The position numbers and the translations under genes are program-made. Below are positions 40,226 to 53,345 of a DNA stretch of 64,000 nucleotides, piece after piece; the first letter of the stretch is position 1; every line of letters begins with the position of its first letter. This DNA is from Tubiluchus corallicola (Eukaryota; Animalia; Priapulida), in contig JAQGDQ010000275.1 in assembly GCA_030141605.1 (NCBI GenBank), forward strand, positions 1-64,000, given 5' to 3'. Below the pieces are notes generated by a model. The model saw only the letters and a list, made by a program, of their open reading frames with translations, made no database searches and was not told where the DNA came from.

Positions 40226-43200
40226 AAGGTTGAAAGGAGGGTAAAATGTGCATTATCTTTAAATTGGTGGTAATGCACATTTTCTCCCTTTATCTCCCTC
40301 CTGCCTAACCCCTCTCTCTCTCTGCCTCTCTTACTTCCTCCCGTTCCGCATCCTCTTTTCCTCTGTGTCTGTCTGTCTCTGTGTTTGTCGCTGCTTCTGC
40401 CTTATTTAAAGCTAAAACTAAAATTTTTCAGTTATCTATATGATTATAGTTCCAGAACCATTTCCGTAAATCAAGGTCTTTTATGCTTAGATGATGTAAT
40501 ACATACAGTATATATATATATATTATATAGTAGAGTAATGCAAAGTTCTAACGCTCTTGTAAAAGGACTGAATAGCAGTGACGCGTTTTTCGTCAGTGGA
40601 GAAAAATATTATAATTAGTGATGTATATTCCGGGCTTCTAGCATCGTTTTCTGTACGTAACATTTGAATTGTTAGGCATAGTTCACATGAGATGTTGCGA
40701 CTGGTGTCTTGTAGTGATGCTGTACGTTTTACCTGAACAGAATAAGCTAAATAACGATGTGCCTCAGGCGGCGTCATATACTTAATCATAAATCAAAGTA
40801 TTTATTTTAACGAAACAGCTTATTGCTACCAAGCGAGACGTAAGACGAACATTGAATAACAGGTTAAACTGCTTAGGAGCATTTTAACACGGATGAACAT
40901 AAAGCCATGTTGTTGCTAAGTAAATTTGCCTGTTCTAAAGCAGCATTGCTATGATTCAAGACATTATTATAGAACTGCCTTGCGAACATTTAATGTATTG
41001 CAAAATCACGAATTACGTGTGTTTCCAAGAAATTTCGAGTCTCGGACATCTGCTAAAAATAACATAAGGCCCTAAACGCTTTTGCCATAAAGGACAAATG
41101 ATACCAGATTTAAAAATGTGAATTCCATAGTTCTTACCTATCTGAGACTTGACTGATGGATTCAATAAAACCTGTTTCGTCCAAGTGTTTTTTTAAATAT
41201 CCTTCTGTTTCGTTTAAATCACTTTAGATGTTTTTGTTAATGAAGTTTTGCAATTATTCCGAATAGCTAGCTATTTAAAAAATAACAAGAGTTATCAGCT
41301 GTGTTTAACGGTTCATATACAATCGTTTGTTCAAAGCACGCGTCACTTTGATGTTCTGGTTCTCACGAGCGCTACTAAACATCACGATAAACTAAGTCGA
41401 AGTAATTTTTGGCTCACTGTTGACTTGTCAAAAGGAAATGTCGTACACTTGGCTGACTAAAATTTATTTTAACACGTCACTGTTTCACTTAAACCGAGCC
41501 GAATCTAAGAACTGCGGCTAAGCAAATATGGTGTTCCGAAAAGCTGCAGCGTTTAACAAATTTGCAATGTGTACTTGTGTACCGGACAGCACTCTCAGTC
41601 TGTGTAGCTCGGGTACCGGGGGCGGCTATGCTCTACTGCTCGTGGATAGAGCGCAGAATTTAGCCTAACAGTCGTGGAGATGTCAAGCGCATGCATAGAG
41701 TTCAGTATGCAACAAATTCAACAACACTAAATGTTAGTGGGCAACAAAACATTGTTTTTGCGTGACGCTATTGTTGTCAAAGGTTATTGATTATGGATAA
41801 CGTAGAAGAAGAAAAAGAACAAAATCAGTGTTCACTGATTGTCCAAATAAACTACAGTTATAAACAATTGTTAAAAACAATGACGAAGTAATGTGATTTG
41901 TTTATCCTGAATCAGTGATTTGTGCACCAATTTTTAAAGCTTATTTCAAGGCATAAAAGTACTTTATAAAAGTTCAAATTACTCTAAAAACTGTGATACA
42001 TTATACAGCATGCACTATTAAGAAAGCTACAAAGGTATACCAAAAAATATAACAAAACATATACACAGAATTTAAAATGACAAGGCATTAGTTGAAAACC
42101 AGAGGTTACTATTAATAAATCAGATTAAATCTCCTAAATATTCTACTATAAAATCGTACATCAGTTTCAGACTTTCAATGTACGTATTAGGCCTACTGTT
42201 GCTATTACTATATCATCAAATCGCTCATTTTTTCAATGTACTTTTCATTTTCTCAACAGACAACCAGCAATAAAAACAGCTCCCTCAGTACAGGGTGTTC
42301 CAGACGAAACTGTGATAGAAATACACAAATACACTTCCAGTGGAATATGCATATTTCAGAACAGAGTTATGTGATAGAAAAAAATTGGAATTGTTCAAAT
42401 GTTTTAGTCATTATTATGTTGATTGTTACCGTACAACATTTCACTGTGGTTTGACCTTCATAACAGCATAATTTTTATTGCATTGTTCTTCTGGAATACC
42501 GTGCAGTTTGCGCAAGTTCAAATTGTCAAGTTTGGATAGACAACATGAATTCTGCACTTGCCGAGAATCTACAAAATTAAAAGCAAGTTTTTTTTGAGCA
42601 GCAAAAAAATTTACCACCGATTTTCTATTCTGTAAAATCTTTCATCTAAAAACTAATGCTTCTAAAGGTTCAAAAATTTTGCCTGATTGTGCAAAATGTG
42701 TTGGTTTCACTCACGCAGTCGAACGCGATGAAACCAGATTTAGCCCTTAATCTGTCCATACTTTCTCCTTTTTTATTTTAATTTGGTTGTGGTTACTCTA
42801 GCAAATTTTGCACAATTTATTTTTTTGCACATGGTAATGAAATTGAATGGCAGAGCTGGTAGAGAATAGCTCTGAACGCAGGATTACATGCCATGTCGTG
42901 CAACTGTCAGACGCTATGACCGCGCCATCTATGCAGCTTTTTAAGAACCATCAAAAAGTCGCACGCCGTATTTGAGCGCTATTATTCATTATGAACTTCG
43001 TATTTACGTTTTTTTCGTGTTAGTCATACAAATAATACAAAACTTTCGATTAAACTAGTTTGAAAATTCACAGAAATTACTTGGCTGACTTCAGTCAAAT
43101 GTCTGACGGAAGTGTTTCTGCAACAATGGATTTTTTCCATTATTATTCAAAATTAGGGTTTTTAAGGTTAGGTCTGGGTTACAGGTATCCGAAGACGCAG

Positions 43201-43306
43201 AGACAATGATGTGAACACTGCATGCGCTGTCCAGATTATGTCGCTAGGCGTTTCATATTTATTTAACGTCTGTTAGCCGCTTAAAATTGTTAGCAAAATA
43301 AAATGT

Positions 43307-44140
<834 letters not shown>

Positions 44141-44146
44141 GCTTAT

Positions 44147-44252
44147 TACTAACCCGCCTCGTCGTTGCTTAACTTCGGTGATCAGACGAGAACCCTTGTC
44201 ATCAACCTGTTTTGAACAACCGGTATTTTCAACGCCGTACTCGTGTATAAGC
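44147..44252 (-). pseudogene. 3'-truncated 5S rRNA pseudogene or 5S-derived SINE head
   Basis: Minus strand GCTTA...CGTTGAAAATACCGGTT[insert]CTCGTCTGATCACCGAAGTTAAGCAACGACGAGGCGGGTTAGTA matches invertebrate 5S rRNA nt ~1-77 as recalled, including box A; box C absent. Confidence 0.85.
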
Positions 44253-45677
44253 AGATGCTCGTCAAATACAAGAATTGCAAACTTGCTACATAGGAACATG
44301 TAGTAATGCGTATAGATTCTCCTCAAGTACCAGTAAAATTCACACTAACTTTCGTTTATTAATAATCTGCTGCTGCTACTGCTACTATTACTACCGCCCA
44401 CTACCAACTGCCTCCCCACTACCCACTATCCACCTACTACCACCACCACCACCACCACCACCACCACCATAGTACTACTACGCTGCTGCTGCTGCTACTG
44501 CTACCGCCACCGCCACCGCCACCGCTACGTTTGGGGTGATTTTTGATTAGTTAAATTGGAAGTAATAATAAAGTTGTGTTGTTTTGGCTATAATTTTTTT
44601 AAGTGGCTGTACTAAAAATTGTCTTTAGATAATATTCAATAGATGACGCTAGTGGTTTCTTAGACATTTTTGAGTGATTGATAGGAAATTCTGGCGTGAT
44701 CGAAGTTAGTAAGTAAAAATTGTCCAAGCGTTATGGAAAATTTGTTGCATGACGAAAACTATAGTAATCATAGCCAGTAATCATACCCAGAGAACTGAGT
44801 TTTGATTTGTTAGCTGTTTTCTACACTTTCTCTCCAGAAAATCTCATTTAAAGTACAAGAAAACACTCCACTTACATAAAGCTAAAAATCCGTCTTGAAA
44901 TTTTAAACCACTTTCTTACTGCCTTTTTGCGTGCAGGACTTGCGTTGGTAGTAATGCTGTATGAAACTTGTAAAAATGAACTCCTGCGATGGCCATTTTA
45001 ATGGTAGGTCATCTGAAAACAAGTTTAGATTACATTAAGTAAAGTTTGAAAAAATGAACAGAGCATGGATAGTACACATGTTAATAAGTAAAATTTTAAA
45101 TTACTGTATCTCATCACTAAGATTAAAATACGCTTTTTAGTTAGTGAGTGGCGCACCCTGGAGGGTGGCCCATTTTTACCAATTGGCACAAACATTTTAA
45201 ATTATTATTTCTAGTTACGTAAGTCTTTCCAGCAGGTAAGCGAAATGCTACGTAATATAGATTTACACGGAAAGTTTTTCGGGTCATAATTTAACATTGC
45301 CTTTTCTTCCCTGATTTATGTTGTGCGTAAGTGACGTCATGTAATGGCGCCGTCGGAACAGTACTGCGGGAGATTCAAAATGAAAACAAACAAAAAATAC
45401 TCTCAACACGAGTACGATATAGGCATAAAATTGCTATAAAGTAATGTAATTTTTTAAGGCAATTTTTCTGAAACCTACTTCAAGTACCCCTTCTTGTCCT
45501 TTAAGTGAAAGAGTGACCAGTGCTATAAACCCAATATGCTAAGTGACATGTCCTTTCCTTTAAACTTGCTTGGTAGACTGGTCACCATTTCTAGTTCAAC
45601 TATTTTATCGCTTCAGTCCTGGTATTGAGTTAGAGATAGAATTATCTACATACTAAGAAAAAACTTGTATATTTTAG

Positions 45678-45834
45678 GAATGGCTGTGTAAAGCAATCAA
45701 AATCGTCGGCGTCTATTCCATGATGGCGTCCATCTTCTGGACCTTTGTCGAGGGTCTCTTCTTGCATAATCGCATTGCTGTCGCTGTTTTTCAGACAGAG
45801 GCGCCCTTTCTTCTCTTTTACTTCATTGGTTGGG
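45678..45834 (+). CDS. Class B (secretin-family) GPCR exon, TM3-ICL2-TM4 start (EWLCKAIKIVGVYSMMASIFWTFVEGLFLHNRIAVAVFQTEAPFLLFYFIGWG)
   Basis: attttag acceptor, G|GTAAGT donor; C-K...FW.FVEGLFLH and IGWG are class B signatures; LHN...AVFQ recalls PDF-receptor-like receptors; phase 0 to 1. Confidence 0.93.
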
Positions 45835-46304
45835 GTAAGTAAAGCAGCACGACGGTGATTGTAGTCACAGAAACACTGTCAACAGAGGTTAATACCACTG
45901 GATGCTTTATTGTAACCTAATCAGTACATAAATGTCCCACATATCCCTTAAAGTGGATTAACCTGACTGTTCAGAGCACAGGTGAGTAAAACAGACAGGT
46001 GACTAGCAGGTAAAAAACTGAAAAACTGGCCATAACCAAAAGCTTTACATTCTCGCCACAGATGGCGCCTCGTGTACGAATTTGTAAGTCAGATTAACAG
46101 AAAAAGCTAAGTCTGCTACAGTGATAATGTAGAAGCGTTTTGGATTTTAAAACATTTGAAGCGCCATCTCAGTCCACGGCAAAGAAATAAAGATAAAATG
46201 CAATACACGTATAGAGTACAAAAGCTAAAAAGAGTTAAATTATCAACACTTATGGTAACATCGTATATATTAATTCTACTGGTATATATATATATATATA
46301 TATA

Positions 46305-46306
<2 letters not shown>

Positions 46307-46337
<31 letters not shown>

Positions 46338-47001
46338 AGATTCGAGGCTACAGCTTCGACGACGGCACCATTTGCGGCGATCTATACATCAAACGAAAGG
46401 TCTCGATCTAGTGTCGTGCCATTGGGGGTTTATTTTTCGAATCGGGCCCACCGCGAGGAACGGGGGGCGAAAAACCTCCAAAAATGGCCATTTTTGCAGA
46501 ACTTATACCTCTTATTTCTGAAGAACTGTAACGGGCCGGGGGGTGGTGTTGGCCATGGACAGATAGCGCGTTCAGCGGTGGGTGTCATGGCGTATTTAGA
46601 ATTTGCGAGAGGGCCAAGGCGTTTTCGAAATTTTTCGAAATTTTGGTCAAACAGCCTGCAGAAAAAAACGGTATAGCAACGCCTTGTGGGATTCTCGAAA
46701 GGAAATATATAGCTCTTTAGAAAGAGCAAGAACAGGGCTACACGATGATGTGGGCTATATTTTAGGACACGTCCACCAAAAGGAGCACCGACGAGTTAAT
46801 TAGATGTTCTATTTTTGGCAATTTTCGCTTAGAAAACTGCTGACGCAAAGCCAATGTCCTGACGTCATCATTATACCTTAACTTTAATTCAGTAAAAGCT
46901 GCTGTTTCGTTAGGTAAATAAACGAACACTAGGTAGGATGTTCGCGCATTATTGATTATAAGTGTATTTATAAGCAAATTTTTTTGCGCGGCCTTTGCTA
47001 G
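46307..47001 (+). mobile_element. Non-autonomous Helitron inside the GPCR intron
   Basis: 5' TCTAATATATATA..., 3' short hairpin (GCAAA...TTTGC) then GCGGCCTTTG-CTAG|T; GC-richer interior; no TIR or TSD. Confidence 0.72.
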
Positions 47002-47686
47002 TATTTATATTATTATCATTATTAACATCATTTATTTTCGAACACACGTTATGTAATGACAGCGCAGGAGCATATAGTAACCATATCATGTAAAAATGTT
47101 AGGTAAAATAAATTCAAGCTGACGCATGCGCGACTGCGTGTGATGCCCCCAGGGCCGGATTATGACCTTTTGGGCCTCCCAGGATAGTTTACGTAGTTTG
47201 AAGTAAACTTCCTACAAATATTTTAAATAAACTGTAATAGCTATCTTTTGTGTGTCAGTAAACATATTCTTTTGAAATACCACTATTTTAATAGCAATAG
47301 TAGATTGTTTATTAACCAATATTAAAAGAGTATCGTTACAAATAATACTTCATTTGGTATGCAAATAATTTGCCCAACAAATCGCAAAGTGTAAATTGTT
47401 GCTCTTTCCTTTAAATACTAGATCAGATTTTAAAATAATTATTGTAAACCATACCCTTCCCTGCCCTGCTCCATGATTATAATTAATTAATATTTAAAAA
47501 AAACTTTTGATGTTAAACTAATTGGAGAAAATAAATGTCCTATGTCTATGTCTATGTCTGTGTTTCTGTCTATGTCCATGTCCATGTCCATGTCCATGTC
47601 CATGTCTGTGTTTTGTTAGCAGATGGTGTTAATATACAAACCGTAAATTCTAGTCAGAATTCTGATGGATTGTTTTCTGTATTTAG

Positions 47687-47835
47687 GAGCGCCATGGCTG
47701 TTCACTGTTCCTTGGGTAATTCTGCTTTACTTTTCTGAGACCAGCGAAACTAGCGACACCAGTGAATGTTGGGATAACTTTCACGAACTGCCATCTTCGT
47801 GGATTCTGATTGTGCCATGCTTATTAGTGCTGTTT
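47687..47835 (+). CDS. Class B GPCR exon, TM4-ECL2-TM5 start (G-APWLFTVPWVILLYFSETSETSDTSECWDNFHELPSSWILIVPCLLVLF)
   Basis: ttttctgtatttag acceptor, GTAAGT donor; completes GWGxP; ECL2 CW motif; WI..P start of TM5; phase 1 to 0. Confidence 0.93.
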
Positions 47836-48200
47836 GTAAGTTGATGCTTTTTGTGGTCACCCATCATATACTTATCAGGCTCAACATTGCTTAACTATGA
47901 TTAATGTTTGTAAGTTGATGCTTTTTGCGGTCACCCATCGTATATTGATCAGGCTCAACATTGCTTAACTATGATTACTGTTTGTAAGTTGATGCTTTTT
48001 GCGGTCACCCATCGTATACTGATCAGGCTCAACATTGCTTAACTATGATTACTGTTTGTAAGTAGATGCTTTTTGCGGTCACCCATCATATACTGATCAG
48101 GCTCAACATTGCTTAACTATGATTACTGTTTGTAAGTAGATGCTTTTTGCGGTCACCCATCATATACTGATCAGGCTTTACTGTTTGTAAGCTGATGCTT
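47831..48200 (+). repeat. 74-bp minisatellite (about 5 units) starting at the GPCR exon/intron junction
   Basis: TGTTTGTAAG at 47831, 47905, 47979, 48053, 48127 and 48182. Confidence 0.95.
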
Positions 48201-49875
48201 TCTAGTTGTATAAGAAGTTTTTAAGTTAATTAGACATGTTTTTGTACAATTCTTTCTTCAAAAGAAGACTGTGGGTTGTGGGTTTCATACAACATTTGTT
48301 ATAAAGAATACAGAAATCTTGATTATTGTTTTGCCACACGCTACAAATTCTAGATGATTTCATTTCCATAGGAGAATACTGCATCCTACCCGTGTATCGA
48401 ACATTTTCTTACCACTATAACGTGCATCATGCTTGCATTTAGACATTTTCGTATTACATTATCATCCTATGTGCGCCCGTGTAACATACCAAGACGTTGT
48501 AGAACAAATATGGGAAACATTTCATTAGCTATATGGGACCAGTCCTATGGAATAGACTAAGCCGCAATTCAAAATGTAGTCACTCCCTTTCAACTTTTAA
48601 AAAAACCGCCAGAAAAGAAATATTTCAAAAGTATTGAGAGTAACACAGTTTGATAATGGTAATCACCTGCATTCTTTTTCCACAGTAATCTTAATAAAAC
48701 GTGACTATGCTCAACAGGTTACTGAACACTTTATAATCATGATCACAGTTTTTCTTAGTTCTCTCTCCATTTCATCTTTCATTCACTACTCCCCTCCCCA
48801 CTTTTATGTATATATTATCATCATTTCAATTATTAATCACTTCTTTAAGATTTCCACGTTCAGTTTGGCCTGTCAAGTATTTCAAATTCATGTATGTCTT
48901 AAACACTTCATAGCAATGCTGTTTTATATCGTGTAATTGAGCTTAAAAAATAAAAGTCTAAAATTTAATATATTTTAAAATGTTGTTGTGATAGATGTAA
49001 TTGATGTTCGGAAGAACAGTGGATAATTTTTGAAACCTGCACAAAGTCTTGAATTCTGCACATGCCTATAGTTGTTGTTGTTGTCGTTGCTGTTGTTGTT
49101 TTTGTTGCTGCTCCTGCTGCTGTTGTTGCTGTTGTCGTTGTCGTTGCCGTTGTCGTCGTCGTTGTTGTTGTCAAATTTTTTTGTCGAAAAAACGGCACGG
49201 TTTTCATCATTACAGGAGACTGAAATTTTGCATGAAGACGCTCCGGATCATTGCGTAGAACGGCAACGGAGCTCGATTTTTCACTTTCATAACACAGCCC
49301 TAATATATGCCCGATAAATGGACCTGACTCATGCTTGTTACATTTTTGCAGTTTCTTTCTTTCTAATGTAGACTTGTGCTAAATGAAGGGCCTGTTCCAT
49401 TTAGAACAACATTTTACCATTGGCATCGTCCTTTTCTGAAAAAAATTAGGACATGTACAATTTTTACCTCATAATAAGTAAAAGGCAGAATTTTGTTGTA
49501 CTTTGTGAGAATTTTATTACAAAACTGGAAGTTATAGCAAAAATACCGGAAATATAATAACATTCCACACGAAATGTGCCGTATCCAAACCAAGCACATT
49601 AATGCTTCCATATCCCAGTGTACTTTGTACTCAGGCGTCAGGTTATTTTTTATTTTTATTTCATCGCATGTGAAAAAGCTATAAAAATGTTCAAACATGC
49701 ATTAAGAAGTAAAAAGTACATAGACGTTTACTACATATATCATATACTACAGCTATACAGATTTTACGTAAAAAAATTGAGCTTATTAGTTAAGCCAATA
49801 GAAAGTACATAGGTTTTTATGTACACTAATATGTAACTGCATTAGAAAGTACCTATAATAGAAACATATTTACTT

Positions 49876-49877
<2 letters not shown>

Positions 49878-49969
<92 letters not shown>
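49878..49969. repeat. (TC)n microsatellite; a (GTT/GCT)n tract is also present at 49070-49171
   Basis: Direct reading. Confidence 0.97.
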
Positions 49970-49972
<3 letters not shown>

Positions 49973-50729
49973 GTATTTGTTGTTTTGTAAGTATTGCGTG
50001 TTATGCACTCTGTAAGCTTAGTTCGAAATAAAGTTAAATCAAATCAAAATGAATCTTCACCTTTTCGTATTTGGTCACAGTTTTTTCCAGTCCAGTTGAT
50101 TCTTTCTCGCGTTCTATCCTAGCACAAGATATTTAATTGGTGGTATCAAATGGTGCAAACCTCCCTTGTGGGTTGGCGTGATGCATTACATGTTAGATAC
50201 TGAATTAGATGCCGTGGTAGCAAATGCAAAAGAAAAGCTTTGTACTAGCATGAAAAGCCTAAAAATGAAAAGTTTTCATTTCTCGTATCTCAAAAGCTGA
50301 ATTACTGTGTTTACAATTTGTATAAACACAGTAATTCAGTTTTTTAACTATAATATGTTTGTTTTAATAAACTTACTCACTTACTTACTTACTTGCTTAT
50401 TTCCTTCCTTACTTACTTACTTACATGCTACTTAATGGTGACTGTTCGTTATACGTTACAATTCATTAAAAGGAATGAATCTGTATATGGTTTCAGATAC
50501 ACAAGTATGCCAGACGTACCAAAAGTAAGAACTAAATATGGCGGTAGTAGACATAGACATAGACATAGGCATTTTTATTTATCTCCTCATTTACACCAGT
50601 ATACAAATTGACTTATTTTTATAGTTATTGATTAAAAAGGATAAATTAAGCATAAAGGAAAGAGTTAGGGGGGGGGGTGCAGGAGAAAGGGTGGCGAAAG
50701 ACCAATTGGTCATCGAGTCAGCTATCCTT

Positions 50730-51160
50730 AATAGTTTTCGAAGTTCTGGTGTGAAAAATTTGGAATAGATTACCTGAGCACGTGAGAGTTGGTTCAAATG
50801 ATCAATTTAATGTTTTTAAGAAACTTTTACTGACATGGAATGGAGAGTCTTGCAGATGTTCTTTTTGTCATAATGTATAATTTTCTGCTAAATTTTTGTC
50901 TACATTGCTTACCTCTATATTCTATACTCTATACCTCTATATTACCCCTATGTTACCAATGCAGTCTGGGTTGGGTAATTTTAGTTATGCTTTATGTTAA
51001 ATGACAAATTAAGTTTTATTCGTTTTTTATCACAGGGATGAATGTTTTCATAGGTATATCTTTATCTTGTATTTCTTATCCGTTCTTTATCAGTCGTTTG
51101 CAAAAGCTTCATAGTTTATGTTTATAGTTTGTATGACTTTAAATAAAGTATACTCTACAT
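50730..51160 (+). mobile_element. CR1/L2-group LINE 3' fragment
   Basis: Frameshifted SFRSSGVK-WNRLPEHVR...FKKLLLTWNGESCRCSFC-stop, typical of the ORF2 C-terminus, then a T-rich UTR and AATAAA. Confidence 0.75.
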
Positions 51161-52060
51161 ACAATTTTTACGTTGCACACGCAATCCCGGTCCACTCCCC
51201 CCCCCCTTCATCCCCATCAAGCCCACTTCTGCTTCTGCCCAACAAGACGTCGCGGCTGAGACAGCCACGTCACAATAATGGTCAGTTGAGGTAGAAGGCA
51301 TTGTTCGCCCACTTCTTTGAACAGGCGCTTTTGGTAAGGAGGATTAGTTGAACACAAGTTTGGCAACACGTGTAATGTAGCATAAACTAATGTCCTTAGA
51401 CAGGTGAATTAATTAGTCCTTGCTACTTACTACCTGAAGTAGACATTGCTCGAATGTGGGGACATCTATTTGTAAGGTGACTGTAATCTAAAAGGTCTCC
51501 AAAATGTCTTTTGCCGAAAAAATCTTTTCAGGTCATTTCTTTAACATGTAGACATTTTTAGGAGCCTTCCAGTAATAATTAAAGTGTATTAATTTTTTTC
51601 AAGCTTTTACTCTCAATGGTTCAACGTGGCTCATGATGAGAATGTTGTTTTGTTAGTGGGCCAGGATTAATCCCTAGGCTACACGTTACGATCATAACTT
51701 CCCTGAGAGGAATTTAGTAAAGCAACAATAATGACTAAATCTAAAATTACGAACTCAAATGTGAGTTTTTGTTGGATGTAGCGTTATTTTATCTTCGGTT
51801 ATCCATCCACACATTTTCCAAAGCCAGCGTTGCTTGATTTTGCTAATAGTTTCTTAATTAATCGCCATAATTTGTAGCAGTCAGGAAAACATGGCAAACA
51901 GATTGAACACCTTTCCCTATTTTGTTTACGATGATGCAATTTATCTTAGGTGATTATATGATCAACGTATTTTACCGATTACTGTAACAAGTTAAAGAAA
52001 ATGTTTCGTCGTTCTTATTAGCATTAAGTTATTTATTTAACAGAAAATGCGTGTGCCTTT

Positions 52061-52558
52061 ACTTTAATTTTATATTAAACAAAACGTTTCGAGATTTCGT
52101 ATATCTTTGCGTCATATACTCACGCAGAGCTTTGAAATCTCAAAACAACATGTTTAATCTGCAATATCAAACAACACGTATTATCAACGTTCACCCAGTA
52201 GTCTGTAGTTAGTGGCATATCAAAACCTGTCATGCATTAACATCACATCAACAAATTAAAACCCGCCACACACAAAACACTCAAGTCACTAACACAAAAC
52301 ATTCATAAAACACCTAATTTCAATTACAAATTGTAAATATTGTAAAGTTTTAAAGTTTTAAATGAGTCTTAAGTCTTATAGTAAGTAATTACAACATTAC
52401 TTGTGTTTTTATAATTGTAAAATCATTTTTTAACACAATTTCTCACAGCATCTTAAACACTGGTCACACTATCAATTTTTGAATGAGTAGTTTACAGTTC
52501 AACGACATCTAATTTTAACAGCAATAAAGAATTTTATTATTATTTATTATTATTATTA
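52061..52558 (+). mobile_element. ~490-bp retroposon (SINE or LINE 3' end) with AATAAA and (TTA)n tail, copy 1
   Basis: Highly similar to the reverse complement of 57899-58382. Confidence 0.8.
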
Positions 52559-52862
52559 ATAAAACATGATAAAAGGTAATAAATGCTTTGACACATTATG
52601 TTTTACTTATAAGTCACGAAATTTACCAAATATATCAAACTCGTGGAGGATTTATGAGTAACTAATTATACCTGCAAATAACCAGTTTTTATTTCTCCCG
52701 TGTTTGTAAAACTGTTAATTATTAACGGTAAACAGAACAGACGCCTAATTTCCGTGTTTTTAATCCATTTTGGCATTCATGTTACAAAATTAAAACTTTT
52801 ATTAAAATTATATAAATTGAAGGTTTACACATGGTCTTTTATCAATTATTTATAAATTATTA

Positions 52863-53345
52863 TAGTAGTAGTAGTAGTTTATTGTCACATATGACCATGT
52901 TATTACAATAATCACTTCTACATGGAAAAACAGATATTCGTACTAAGTACGGAGATACAGACATCGTATTAATAACAGAAAAATTAGTATTAATACCAAA
53001 TAATTCAGCTGATACTCCAAATTTAGCTAATACTCCATTTTCCAGATTTACAAAAAATCATTCCAAGTATTTATAGTGATGTAATCTTTATTTCTTATAC
53101 GATTTGTTTTCTTGCATGCCAAAACTACATGTTCCTCATCTTCTACGCTTATACCATCGCAGGTACACGATCTCAAGTTTCTACAAATCGGTGGTCTAGC
53201 CCATATTTTTGTCTCAACTTTTAAGTGATGAGACGAAAGCATCAAACGGCTGAATTTAATTCTCAACGAATCAGGCAAGTTTGCAAAATAAATTGAGTGC
53301 TGAGCCAACGCAGGATTTAGCTTTACGTAAGTAGAGCACCGAGCT
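52863..53345 (-). mobile_element. LINE ORF2 C-terminal fragment with CCHC motif and (CTA)n tail
   Basis: SRLMLSSHHLKVET...RSCTCDGISVEDEEHVVLAC; minus strand ends AATAAACTACTACTACTA. Confidence 0.85.
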
